Origin: Octopus vulgaris
Lineage: Eukaryota
DNA: 64,000 bases
Assembly (NCBI GenBank): GCA_951406725.2
Contig: OX597823.1
Span: 5,394,001 to 5,458,000 of the forward strand
Direction: 5' to 3'
Shown: piece by piece, positions 12,410-26,751 of the stretch
How the letters are laid out: every line of letters starts with the position of its first letter
Position numbering within the stretch: position 1 is the stretch's first letter
Notes under the pieces: generated by a model
The model's database searches: none
What the model was told of the DNA's origin: nothing
Seen by the model: only the letters and a program-made list of their open reading frames with translations
Translations under genes and position numbers: made by a program

Positions 12410-15400
12410 CTGGAAAAGTAAGAAAATTTTATAACTTTACCATGTAATTAAATGAAGAATATAACATATTTGTTATATAATTAGTTTGGCCTAATGCAGT
12501 CCTCAGATCTGTTGGATCCTATCTAACTGTCCATCCACACCAGCATGAAACATAGATATAAAAAGATAATGGTGATGGTGATGATGATGAGGGTAGCCCT
12601 TTTTTTTTATTTATTTATTAGACATTTGAGATATTATTTAACCCTTTTGATGCCAAACTGCCCTAGTTCTATGATGCAATCTTTCTAATTCAAAGTGATC
12701 TAAATTAAAACCTCCCATCAAAATTTCATGTTAATTCATATTGCAAACACCAGCTTAATAATGACAGTTATTTTGATAAATTCTGTATTATATTCCAGAT
12801 TGATTAAAACAAAGGCAGTGTATTTCAACAAAAATAAAGTAATGATAGGGTTAATAGTTTCTGGTTTAGGTTGCAAGGCCAGAAATTCATAGAAGAGATG
12901 GGAGTGTGTGTATGTAATCACATTGTTATAGATGGTCCATTTTTCGTTCCATTCACCATTCTCTTCAGAAAGAGATCATTGTCTTCATGTTTTTGCAATG
13001 AATCACAGATGGAGATCTGTGGGTCAAGGTTAGGTTCATTCAGTTGATGTCAGACCAAGATATCAGGCTTGCTGATGTAACCAAGATGATGCAAATAGTT
13101 TTCAACACAGTTTGGATATTTGGAGAATATCTGTAATCATCCTGGTCATATAATAGGGGTTGGTGTCAACTCACTTCATTTTGTTGCTGTTAATCTCAGT
13201 TGGCCAGTCAGAATGAGGGTCACCATTTACCAAAAAATTTCCTAATCAAAATCTTGAAAACCGCTTTGGGCACACACATTCCATAATGATAAAAAAAAAA
13301 AGCATAAGGTGTTAATAACATTTATTTTGGTTCTCTGTCTTCTGGGTGAATACAAGCACACAAAATATGACCTGTCACATTGCAAGTTTACGTTGAATTA
13401 CATTGAAGTGTCAAGTACCTAACAAGTGCACATGTGCATGGGACACTGAAGTTAGCTACTTATAAGAGTGCTTGGAGTTTAGTGTCAACAAAAAGTGGAC
13501 GGACTTTTTGGCTAACTCAATACATTTCTGAAGATAGTCTCATAGAATGACAACTAAAGATGACACTTCAGATTGCCTGTTGAATGCCACCACATCGAAT
13601 CTCTACAACACACAGATATGTCCTTCAATGGATCATAGCAGTTATTTCTAAGATGGCATTCTAACTTTCATCATCGACATCTTAGACTAAATTCAAGAGA
13701 AAACCTTGTTGGTGAATTGTCACTAGGAAAACTTTGATCATTTTCATCATCATGTTTAATGTCTACTCTTCTTTGCATAAATGGATCGGACAGAATTCAT
13801 TGAGGCTGACTTTCTACAACTGATATATGAGGAAACATAGTATAGATAAAAATATATAAAAACAACAGATTTCTCATTTGATCATTGTTTATCATTCCAG
13901 TCCATAAACTTAAGGAAACAGTCTGCATCGTCATTGTGATCATCGTCATTTTAATGTCCCATCTTCCTTGCTTGCATAGGTTGGACAGAGTTTACTGAGG
14001 CAGATTTTTCTATAGTTGGATACCCTTTCTGTTAGAAACCCTCACCTGTTTCTGAGCAAGGTAATATTGCTCCAAGAATTTTTTCACAGAAAATTGGAAA
14101 CGAATGACACTGTTTGTATGACAGTGATGATCATTTACAACTATCATGTGATGTCAAAACTAGAAGACACAAAAATACACACATACACACAGACCCAGAG
14201 ACACTCATACACATACACACACTCCAAACATAGATACACTCATACACACACATTCACACACACACATATGACAGGTTTTTTTCTCAGTTTTCATCTACCA
14301 GATCCACTCACAAGGCTTTGGTTGGCCTTGAGTAGAAGACACTTGTCCAAGGTGCCACACAGTGGGACTGAACCCAAAACTATGCGGCTAGGAAACAAAT
14401 TTCTTAACCACAGAGCAATGCCTGTGTAAAGGTGTACATGTTTAAAAAAATAAATTTCTAAATTGACCACTGTTTACATTCTAACCTAAGAAACTGAAGA
14501 AATATAGTATAAATAAAAACATTTCAAAAAATAGATTTCTAAATGGACCACTCTTTGCCATTCCATTCAAGGGCTTTAAGAAACATGAGATAGATAAACA
14601 TATTTTTAAAATATAGATTTTTAAACTCACCACTCTTTATCATTTTGTACAAGAGCTTGTGAAAATATAGTATGGGTAAAAATATTTTTAAAAACTAGAT
14701 TTCCAAAGTGATCATTTTTTACCATTCCAAGCAAGAATCTGAATAGATCAGTGTTAGTGGCCTGCTGGAATCTTTTTAACCTTTGCAAACCCAATCTATT
14801 TTTCTGCTGTGTGTCATTATTTTCTGCACCAATTCTAATTTCCCATTATCTTTCCATGTTAGAATTTTAAATGAGATGTGACAATTGTTACACAAATCAC
14901 AAAATAATTTACTGAAACGAATTTCCAATTCTTACGTTAAGCAGATGTTCACATGGTGTCAAAACCAGTTGTTTTGATGTCACAACCTTCAGCTGTTTCT
15001 GAATCAATGAGCTGAGAACTAATCTAAGAGAATTCTGCTTCGAATTCAATCTGTCTTCGTCTTCTTCTTCTCCTCCTTCTTCTACTTCTTTCATTGCCTG
15101 AAATAAAATAGATTCAGAGAATTCTTATTCTTGTCAAATACAATCATTGACAATTTCCATTAAATACATAATTATGACTTATATTTAGCTGCATTCTTCT
15201 GTTCTTCTAGTGGACAGCTTAGCTTTGGAAGAAATTTTATAGAATCTATGTCAGTACTGAGGACATAAATTATTGGCTGGTGTCATTGATGTTTTGTTAC
15301 ATACAAGCCAGATAGAATATAGCCCACCATGTAATATCTGCATCACTGTGCTCTTTATATATTTTCTGGAGATATTTTTCTATTTAGAATTTTTTTTCCT

Positions 15401-16834
15401 ATTCTGTTTTTCCTTAGCTACTTATGCTGTTATTTAGACTATCAGATCTGATCAAAGAGAGCTATAATACAGGTATTCCAGCAGTTGCCATCATGTCTTT
15501 TATTTAAATTCTTGATTGTTATCCATCATATGACAACTTTGGAAGTATAATTTTAGCACCATGGGTAAAGAGTCACTGTTAATATTAGTTTCAGATTTTG
15601 GCTCAAGGCCAGCAATTTTGGGAGAGGGGCAAGTCGATCACATCAACTGCAGTACTTAACTGGTATTTAATTTATCAATCCCTAAAGAATGAAAGGCAAA
15701 GTCAATTTCAGCAGAATTTTAACTGAGAATGTAAAGACAAACAAAATGCTGCTTAGCATTTTGTCCAGAGTGCTAATGATTCTGGCAGCTTGCCACCTTC
15801 GTCACTATTAGTTCAATATTAATATTAAATAGCATATATATATATGTGTGAGCATACATGCATGCACACATGCACACACACACACACACACATGCACACA
15901 TGCACACATGCACTCACTCATGAACACACACCATTATTTAACATTTGTGTTCCATGGATGATTTGACAGAACCTAATGAGTCTAAGGACTGCATCCTGCT
16001 CCAGTATCTGCTTGGCATGGTCCCTATGGCTGGATGACCGACCTAACTTCGGCCACTTTACAACGTGCTTTTTCCATGCCACCAACACTAATGAGGTGGC
16101 CATGCAGCTTGCAAGACTGTGAACCCTGATGGGAAGGGGGTCAGCTTTATGCTAGGAAATGTGGGTTAAAGTATAAGAGGAGGATGGTGACAGAGCAGGT
16201 TCTTATTGTAGAGGAGCTACATGGCAACTCACATTTAGAGGAGAGGGTGAGAATGATTAGTAGGAATTGCAAGGAAATAAATAATGGTGACGAAGTGTCC
16301 AGGTAGCCCCTGAAGGTACAAGGTGAGGAGTAGTGAATGAGGACAGAGAAACTAGGAGTGTGGGACAGTGGGGTTACAGTGTATAAGGGAGCAAGGGATT
16401 GAGAGAGAGGGAATGTAGGCAACAACGGCAAAGATTGGATAGGGCTGAAGGGTGGATGTAGGGAATAGTGAATAAGGGGTTGGGTATGACTAATGAGTTG
16501 AGGAAGGTAGAGGGATACACAGGAGAGTGGAAGGATGGCAACAGGATAGTAATAATGGTGACGAGTTGACAAGTGAAAGATGACAAGTGATTGGGTAGGC
16601 TGCTGGACTGGAGGAAAAGAAAGAGAGGCAAGCATAGTACATGAGGGAAGCCAATTTGGTAGGAGAGAACAGTATTAATGGATGAAGAATGACTAACAAG
16701 TGAAATGGTTCTGATAGCAAGAAAAAATATAAAGTGGTATCAGGAGTTGCAGTGAGAGAGATGATAATGAGGAAGAATTGATATGAAGAAGGGATTGGTG
16801 AAGGTGTCCATTTGTGCATAAATACACACACACG

Positions 16835-16909
<75 letters not shown>

Positions 16910-19152
16910 CATACACTCACAGTGTTTCCAGAACTTAGTTTCACTGAGGTAGACAGTTCTCCTTGAGAACTGCATATCACCTGACATCCTGGCCCTTTGT
17001 CATCTCCATGAGGTTCAGTGTCCTGAGACCAGTGTTCATCACTTTGTTCCATGTCTTCCAGGGTCTCTGTCTTCTGCAAGCACCAAACATTGAGAGATCA
17101 GTTAATAAATATTCATTTCATTATTTTATATAAGCACTAAATACATTTGATAAAAGTTAAACTTTCATTATTCTATGTATGCCATATTTCCTAATTATTA
17201 CCCATGGTGGCAAAAGCACACTTCCAAAGTTATTCATCATACACCAAATAACGCTCTAGTATAAGAATATAAGCCAAGAATAGGAATATAGATTAGAATG
17301 ACATTAAAAATGTTAATTGATGACAGGAACAGAAATGCTTAGGTACCTGTTGTTCAGAGTTATCATTAAACACATCATTTATAATACTGCACACATCCTT
17401 TTCATTTGTGGCTTCCCTCAACAAACTGATTAAACCTACAAAATTAATGTAGAACATCCACTGACAAGTGTGTTAACATTGAGTTCATCTCCAATTTAAA
17501 ACAAATATAATCGTTTAACCTTTTAATTACCATATTTCTGTTGAAGTACACTATCTTTGTTTCAATTATTTTTGATAATAAGGAAAAATTTAAGAAAATG
17601 ACAAATTAATCTGAATTAATCTGAATTTTGATGGAAAGTTCTAATTTAGATCATATTAAAAAACAGAATGTTTGTACTACAGATTCAGAGGTGATCTTAG
17701 GCAGGTTGGTATCCAAAGAGTTAACATGATTTAACATTCACTTCTCCATGCTAGCACATGTAGAAATTGACCTTAGATTTTTTCCTGTCAGGACTAATTC
17801 ATTAGTGTTCCATATAAGTCTTAAGTCTTTTAAAGCCCAAATCCTCTTTGCTTTACCTATTGTTTGTTATAGCTTGAAAAGGATAGCCTATATTCTTGAC
17901 TTCGCTTGATGAATTGAGATGAACTAAGGTCTGAAGTGCACGTGTGAAAAAGGAGAGATTTCCAGATAATTGCAAACCTTAGGAGGAATGATTAAGTCTC
18001 TGTCGATGACTTTAATTCTATCTTGAATCACTTTCTCTCATATATTCTCTTTTTGATTTTATGTCATATAACAAACATTACATTATTATGTTTGGTGTTT
18101 ATAGACTTGCCTAGTTTAAGACTTTGACAGACAGCTTTATACAATACGACACATCAACTCACTGAAACTTTTAAAATTGTAAAACAGACAAGGTTGTCAG
18201 AAGGTATATTTAAATGTTAAAAATGAATACAAATTTTCTCTATATTTATGGTGTAATATCTTTGGCTTTATCATCTGCTATGTTTGGTATTATATAGATA
18301 TATATTTCTATCTACAGGTGTTGTGGCTGAGCAATTAAGGAGCTTGCTTCCCAACCATGTAGTCTTAGGTTCAGTCCCCACATCATGGTACCTTGGATAA
18401 ATATCTTCTACTATGAACCAGATTGGATTTGATAGATGGAAAGAAAAGAAACCCATCACTAAACACACACTCACACACTCGTGTGTGTAACCTCTTGACA
18501 TTACATGATGGTTGTAAACTTGCATGACTGACACAGAAGCATTGTTGTTTGTTTCTAGTCATCTGTAAAAAACATGCCTAGACATGAGAAAATATTACCT
18601 TGCTTGGAAACAGGTGAGGGCTGGCAACCAGTAGAGCAGAAAATCTGCCTCAAAAAATTTCATCAGCGGCATGGAGAAGTGGATGTTAAATGATGATGAT
18701 AATGATATTATTTCTACAACTGTAAAAAATTCTATTACATTTTTTTAATGTTTTAATTTCTTTTCGCATGAAAATTAAATATGATAAGATACCTGGATCT
18801 TTAAGCTTGATATGTTGGTAGAATGATGGCACCAAGAGTAAAATTTGACATATTTCAGCAGAAAGAAGGGATCTGTAATCTTTGTAACTGAAAAAAGAAA
18901 ACAAGCAAGTAGCAATGATAAACTTAAATCAGTGCCACCACCACACATTTATATAGAGGAATTAATGGGAATGTGTATCCCCAAAACGACAATTTATTAG
19001 AGCCCCCTGTTTCCTTTCAATGAGAATATAGCTTGGTAGCATACCATGCTTTTGCTAATTGCTTTAGGTGCCTATGTAGTAAGCAGACATAGATACCTCC
19101 TCATCTCTCCCACTGTTTCACCACCTAGCAGCACATCCAAGATGTGCCAGCT

Positions 19153-19236
<84 letters not shown>

Positions 19237-20597
19237 TGTGTGAGAGAGAGAGAGAGAGTGTGTGTGTGTGTGAGAGAGAGATGCACCTAAACTCAGCTGT
19301 TACTCATTTCCTGCTGATTGCTCAAGCATACAGTATGCTGCCTGGTCCTGGATTTGAACCCATAGTATTATGATCATGAGCCAAAACACTCTAATAATGA
19401 AGCATAGTGAACCAGGAGAAATATCTAGCACTTCAAAAAGGGTCTTTTATTAGAGATATTTTCTTCCATAAAGGGAATTTGTTGTTAACACAACCTTTAT
19501 TCTAATCCTTTATTTTACTCTAATTTCAATATCAGTTTGGTAAATTATTTTTTAGGAATATTTAGGTGCAGGCATAACTGAGTTCTTAAGAAGCTTGTTT
19601 CTCAACTGTGTTGTTTTGGGTTCAATCCCACTGTGCAACACTTTGGACAAATGTCTCCCCAGGCAAATCAAAGACTTGGAACTGGATTTAGGAGATGGAA
19701 ACTGAAAGAAACTCTGTGTGTGTGTATGTGTGCACACATGCATATATGTGCATCTGTCTTGGTGCCTCCTTGTCTTGACATTACGTGATAGCTGCAAGAG
19801 TCACCATCACATAAGTAGTGTGTTACATTTCCAGTCTTCTGTGAACACATGTCTGGTCATGAAGAAATATTATCTTATTGACAAAACAAGTGCAGGCTTG
19901 TGAAAAGAGATGTTAGTTAGTTAGTTAATTTTTTGGCTCAAAAAGCAAAAAGCAAGGCCATGTAGGTTGGACATGGAGTTATGTACAGGGTGGTGTTCAT
20001 GTAAAGAGTTCAGGCCACTTGAGGTCAAGGGAGACTTTGAACCGAGCGGTCGTCGGCATCTTCACCATCTCGTCTGGTAGCTTATTCCACAGATCCACAA
20101 CCCGGACGGAGAAAGCCTCTCTCCTTCGATTGAGATGAAATCGTCGCAGATAGAGCTTTTCGGAATGACCCCGCAGCCGATGCTCTGGAGCAGGAGTGAA
20201 GAACAGCTCTTTCGAGAGGTTACATCCAGCTGTAGAAAATCTGCCTCAATGATTCCCAACTGACTCATGCAAACATAGAAAAATGAACATTAAGCAATGA
20301 TTTAGCAATTTGGGACATTTTTGGGGAGTTGATATCAATGTAGGCCAAACAAGGGTTAATCATCATCATTTTAGAATCCATTTTTCCATACTTGGGTCAG
20401 GCAGAATTCATTCTGTCAGGTTTTCTACAGTCAGAAGCTCTTCCTGTCACCAACCTTCATCTGTTTCTAAACAAGGTAATATTCCCTATGGCCAGACTTA
20501 TTTTCATGGAAGACTGGAAACAAACAACACCACTTGTATGATAGTGATGTTCATTTACAAACATAAAACATGATGCCTAGGCAAGCGTATACACACA

Positions 20598-20641
<44 letters not shown>

Positions 20642-20783
20642 TATATACATACATACATATTCTTCCTGAGTCTGTCAACTAGCTCATGGTCGTTCATATT
20701 ACGGGTGACTATGAGACCATCATCCTTGTATAATCTTGCATCTATAAAAGGGAATAATGGATGTAGGTTGAGTAAAATACATG

Positions 20784-20820
<37 letters not shown>

Positions 20821-22453
20821 AAGGGCTTCTTCCAGTTGCCATCTACCAAATCCACTTACAAGGCTTTGGTCAGCTCAGTGAAAATATTTTTCCAAGGTGC
20901 CACGCAATGGAACTGAACCTGAAACTACATGTTTGGGATGCAAGCTTCTGAACCTCACAGTAGTATAATTATATACTTCCATAACTAGATGAGAGGGTTG
21001 AATCAGAGTTTGTTTACCTTGAGTTGGAGGATACTTTTCTCAAACTGTCGCACCTGTGATCAATGAGTTTCAACAAGTCTGGGACATTGTTGTAAACATA
21101 AAGGAATAAATCATCATAAATGCCTTCCTCCTACAAATACAACATCAAGAATAGTGACTGGCATGTCAGCTCATGATTCTTAATTCACGTTTATTTGGAA
21201 CTAACATTTAACCAAGCTATTGTACCCATATCTGTGTGTGTGTGTGTGTGTGCGTATGCCTACATGCATATATGTATGTTTGCTTGCATATGTGTGCATA
21301 CATGTTTGTGTGTGCATGTATGTGCATGGATGCATTCATGCATGTGTGTATGTGCATATATATCTGCCAGCCTGCATACATGTATGCGTGAGTGTGTGCA
21401 TGCACGTATCAAGAAATGATGAAAGGTTGTTCCTGAGCCCTAGGCTCAAAAGTCTGGTTTCCCACCCCCACCACTGCTGGATAGGATGCCAGCCCATCAC
21501 AGGATTACTGATTTTTGTCAGCTGAGTAGACTGGAGCAATGTGAAATGAAGTGTTTTACTCAAGAGCACAACACATTGCTCAGGAATCAAAACCACAATC
21601 TTAGGATCATGAATGCAACACCCTAACCCCTAAGTCACTGGCCTCCATACATGCATGTGTATATGTGCTAATAGGTGTTTCCATGCATGTGTGTGCATGC
21701 CTGCATGTATGTGTGTGCTTAATGTGTATGTGATCATTATCATAAGTGAAGGTGGATGGCTTAGTGGTTAGGGTAATCAGCTCACATTTGTAAGGTCATG
21801 AGTTCAATTCCCAGTGACACATTGTGTCCTTGAGCAAGATATTCTATTTCATGTTGCTTCAGTCCACTCAGCTGGCAAAAATGAATTGTACCTGTAATTC
21901 AAAGGGCCAGCCTTGTCCCATTCTGTGTCATATTGAATCTCTCTGAGAACTATATTAAGCATACACATGTCTGTAGAGTGCTCAGCCACTTGCACATTAA
22001 TTTCACGAGCAGGCTGTTCCATTGATCAGATCAACTGGAACCTTGGTCATCATAACTGTCAGAGTGCCAGTGCCATTATCATAAATGCATACATGTACGT
22101 GTAATTGGCAACTGGACACTTGTGGTGTGTGTGTGAGTTTAAGGTCATAATCATCAAAACAACTGCCACAACCTCTGTTGTAATTTATGTTGTCCTTATC
22201 AAGATTTATTGAAACACAGGCAGTATATTTCGACAGGAATTTAGTAACAAAAGAGTTAATTTCTTTATATATTGGTAAATGTCTGAGAGAAAGAAGTTAG
22301 GTTCACTTACACTGTCTTCCTCATTGTCAACTTTGATGGCATTCAGTAGTAAAATAACCACGAGACAACGAATGGTTCTTGGTAGCAGGAACAGATCAAT
22401 ACTGAGATGATTCCTGTCAGAGAAATTTAAATAAAACAAAAACAATGACTGTG

Positions 22454-22537
<84 letters not shown>

Positions 22538-25135
22538 TGTGTGAGAAAGAGAGAGAGAGAGGGAAGTCATGATAAACAAGAGAGCTAACATAGGAGCTTC
22601 TACATAGTCCATTTGTTAGAAATGATGTTCAATTATATTCAAATTTCTTTCAACGAAAGTTTGGTGATGAGAAGGGCATCTGGATGTTCAAACAATGATG
22701 CATGTGCGCACACACACACACACACACAGAGTGTAAATGGAGTCAGTTTGGCTGAAACTGTTCCTCTCTAAGCTGAACTCTACTAGAAGGTTTGAACTAA
22801 GTACTAGAAGTAGAAAAATAGAATTCTAGGTTTCTTTTATGGCAGTAAATAGTTCTTGTGGTATCTACTTACAGCCAGATGGACTGAATCATTTGACTAT
22901 TACATGTCTTTCGCTCAGACACAGTGCAGTTGCTGTAGCAGGATATTAAGCATTAGTGTCAACCTCCCAACAACTGGTAATCTTATAACCCATTGAATCA
23001 GTCATGTAAGCAGCTTTAGAAAAAAATCACATGCATTAAATCACTTGATCTAATAAGTAAATATCAATTTTTTAAAAATAAAACTAACTCATGCAAACAA
23101 TGAAAAAAAAGACTAGTGAAAATATCTAAAAATTAAAACACCAAAACAAGAAAACCAGTTTAAAATACAACTTCAGTTTCTTTGTGAGTTGTTCATCTCA
23201 TGTGCATCAAAAGGAAACAATTACATTTTATTTGAGCAGAATTAAATGTTAAACATTTCTCACCCATATTTGTGTAAGCTGGTTAAGGCCAACATGTCGA
23301 CAATAACCTGTGTTGGAAGATGAAATTCTAGTGACACCTGTGCAACAGAAATGAAACAGAAGAAAAAAACAATCAGTGCTTTTACCCTTTTGATACAAAC
23401 CTACCTGAGCCCACCCTTGGATTCATGATTCAAACTTTTTGTTTAAAGTGATGCAAATTAAAACCTTCCATCAAAGTTTCATGTTTATTCATATTCCAAA
23501 CATCAGTTTAATAATGACAAAGTTATTTTACTAAAATTTCTGTTGCTTCTTGCAACCTCTTCAATAGTTGTTGGCTCTCTTTACTAAATTATCCATTATT
23601 TTAAAAATTAACTGAAGCAAAACCAGAGTATTTCAAAACAAATATTATAACAGAAGAGTTAAGCAGACCTATGTACAAAGGCATTCCAGCTATGACCATC
23701 CAGTCATTTTTGTATTTAATCACAGCAAGCCTCAAACTACACCATTCAATGATGGTAGGGTGTGATTTAACCCTTTTGATACCAGTGTGCTTGAGTTTGG
23801 CTCTAGTTCTATTATACAATTTTCCTTATTTGAAGCAATCTAAATTAAAATCTTTCATCAAAATTTTATGACAAAGTTATTTTCCAGAATTTTTCACTAT
23901 TTTCAAAATTGATTAACGGTAAGGTAGTATATTTCAACAGAAATACAGTAATAAAAGCATTAAGTGTTTAACTCTTTTGAGACCGACTTGCCAGAGACAC
24001 CCCTGGTTGTATGATAGAAACACACACATACACACACACATTTATATGTAAATTCAACACCTTCCACAAAGTTTCTATCTATCAGATTTCATTCATAGTC
24101 TTTGAGTAACTGAAGGCTATGGTAGAAGATACTTGCCACTATTGTCTTGCCTTGGGATTGAGCCTGAAACCACATGACTGCACACCGACCAATGTAACCA
24201 CACATCCATGTCCATATTAAAAATTATTATCATTATTCATTGCATTATTGTTGCTTTGTTTTGTACGAGCTGTTCCAAGTCTCACCCAGTGACCTCAAGT
24301 ACCATCAAGATATATGTTTTATTAAAAGTGTTGTTTATGATTAGTGATGATATATTGTACAGGGGGGAAACCAGAAACTGAAAAAGTTTTAAGAGAATCA
24401 CATAGTTTCAAGTCGACAATGTTTTTCTTAGAATGTGGTCAGTACCCATAAGAACAATCTTCTGTAGTACTGATGCTTTTGATTTTCCTGATATTTGGCT
24501 ATTGTGTTTAAGAACACCATTTGGTGTTGTCTCCAAAGCACTGTTGATCACAGATATAAGTTGTTCTTAGATGTCACATTTTTGAGACCTCTATTTCAAG
24601 GTCCTTATATTTACTCAACTTTTCAAATGTTATTACAGAGCTATTGCAATTTGCTTGGATTGACATATCTGTGAGCAGACATGTTTTGTCAAGGTGATTT
24701 TTTTTTTTACTACAATATCAGTTTGAATAGTAAAATCCCAAAGAACAGTGGTCGTTATTTTCTACTACTTTGGCAGGTTTATTGCACCCACCAGTTCATC
24801 TCATATGGGAGTCCAGACTTAGGGCATATGATCCAGTGCAAATACTGGCCAGGTCTATCTTGATAAATATATTAATTTAAAAGAGCATCCAGGGATGAAG
24901 TGGTCAATTGTTTCTCTGGTTGTACCACAAAAATGGTAGGAAGAGTCAACACCATTTAAAAAAAATTACTTGTTTGGTAGTTTCTGGTGGGCAGACACTG
25001 AACCTGAGCTGCCAAGATGCCTCTGATATAAGTCCAGATGCAACCAACCACTGGGGGGGTCATATTTGTATCAACATCAGAATTGCTGGCTGTTATAGAG
25101 TAATTGCCCTGCAATGTCTTACTTTTCCATGTATT

Positions 25136-25180
<45 letters not shown>

Positions 25181-26710
25181 GGTGTGTGTGTGTGTGTGTG
25201 TGTGTGTGAAATACATATATACAAAATTCTATTTGATTTGGCTTTTATTTTTATCTGTTTTGCTATGGGTTCTTCTGTTTCATCTATTTGCACTGCAGTC
25301 ACATTTTTATCATCATCAACATCATCATCATCATCAACATCATCATCATCAATGTGGCAAGCTGACAGGATTGTTGCTGCTTTGGATAAAATGCTTATTT
25401 CTTCTGGCGTTAAGTTCTGGATTCAAATTCTGTTGAGGTCAACTTTGCCTTTCATCCTTTCAGGGTCAATAAAATAAGTACCTGTTGCGTACTGGGGTTG
25501 ATATAATTGACTAGCTGCTCCAGTAAAAATTTCAGGCCATGTGCCTATGGTAGAAAGGATTATCATTTGTAATATTCTATGTGTTTAAGATAAATTCCAA
25601 GCGTAAGGCTGGTTTATTTAAGTGTTTGTATATTCTATCTTCAAAGTTTTGCCAATGTAGGTGAAAAGAAAAGATCATGATTATTACTAATAAAACAATC
25701 CTAAGAATTCAAATTTTAATTCTATTATTCTATTATACATTCTTTAAATTACTATTGTAAGCCAATACCATGATCATTGCATGAGTCCTCATTTTAAAGA
25801 CATATTTTTGTTGCAATGTTTTTTTAATTACGTATATATATATATATGTACAAACACACACTTGTATGTTCACATACCCACACATTATACATTACAGCTA
25901 AAAACAGCTGACACAAATGTCTTTTCTCCCAGAGGAAAGTTTTAGCCTCAACACATTAGATTCCTCTTTTCCCCATTGGCTACAAAACTAATCTAAACTT
26001 AATGATTTTATTGTAAAATCTTAGCCAATGCAGACTGCGGAGTCTATTTTTGACATAATCTATCATCATCATCATCATTGTCATCATAATCATCATCATC
26101 CCCATCACCATCATCATCAATATCATCACCATCCTCATCATCATTCTCATCACTGTCATCTTTATAATTATCATTGTAATCATCATCATCACCATCACTA
26201 TCATTATCATCATTGACATCATCATCACCATTATCATCACCTTCATCACCCTCCTCTTCTTTCTCACCATTATCATCATTATGACCACTCAATTTTAAAA
26301 TTAAACCCTCCCCACCATCCTCCATCCACACTCCTTACATCTCTAACACCACCTCACACTCACCATAGCTCCAGCCTCACTCTAGAAGCATATCCACCCC
26401 CTTTGCTCCAATCCAAAGAGTGTAACTCCAATGAACTACAAAATTTTTCAGCTTTAGTTTTGACCAAAGCGGAAAAATTTTGCTTTTTTTAGAACTGCTG
26501 TTAGACCAGCTAACAAGATTGACACATCCATACATCTTGTGACAAAGAACCTATGTCTTTTAAGCCTTTTCTGATGATTGCCAGGATTGTCTCAACTCCT
26601 CGTATGAATGGTATGAAACAAAGTTAATTTAATGTGGCTTTAGAGTCGGGTTTTGACTGCTATTTTCAGCATGGTGGTATCTCTCAGATACCCTAAATTA
26701 TAATCTTAAA

Positions 26711-26751
<41 letters not shown>

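Noticed and set aside
25980-26331. Asp-rich, His-rich and Met-rich ORFs
   Set aside because: Translations of a degenerate (CAT)n microsatellite.
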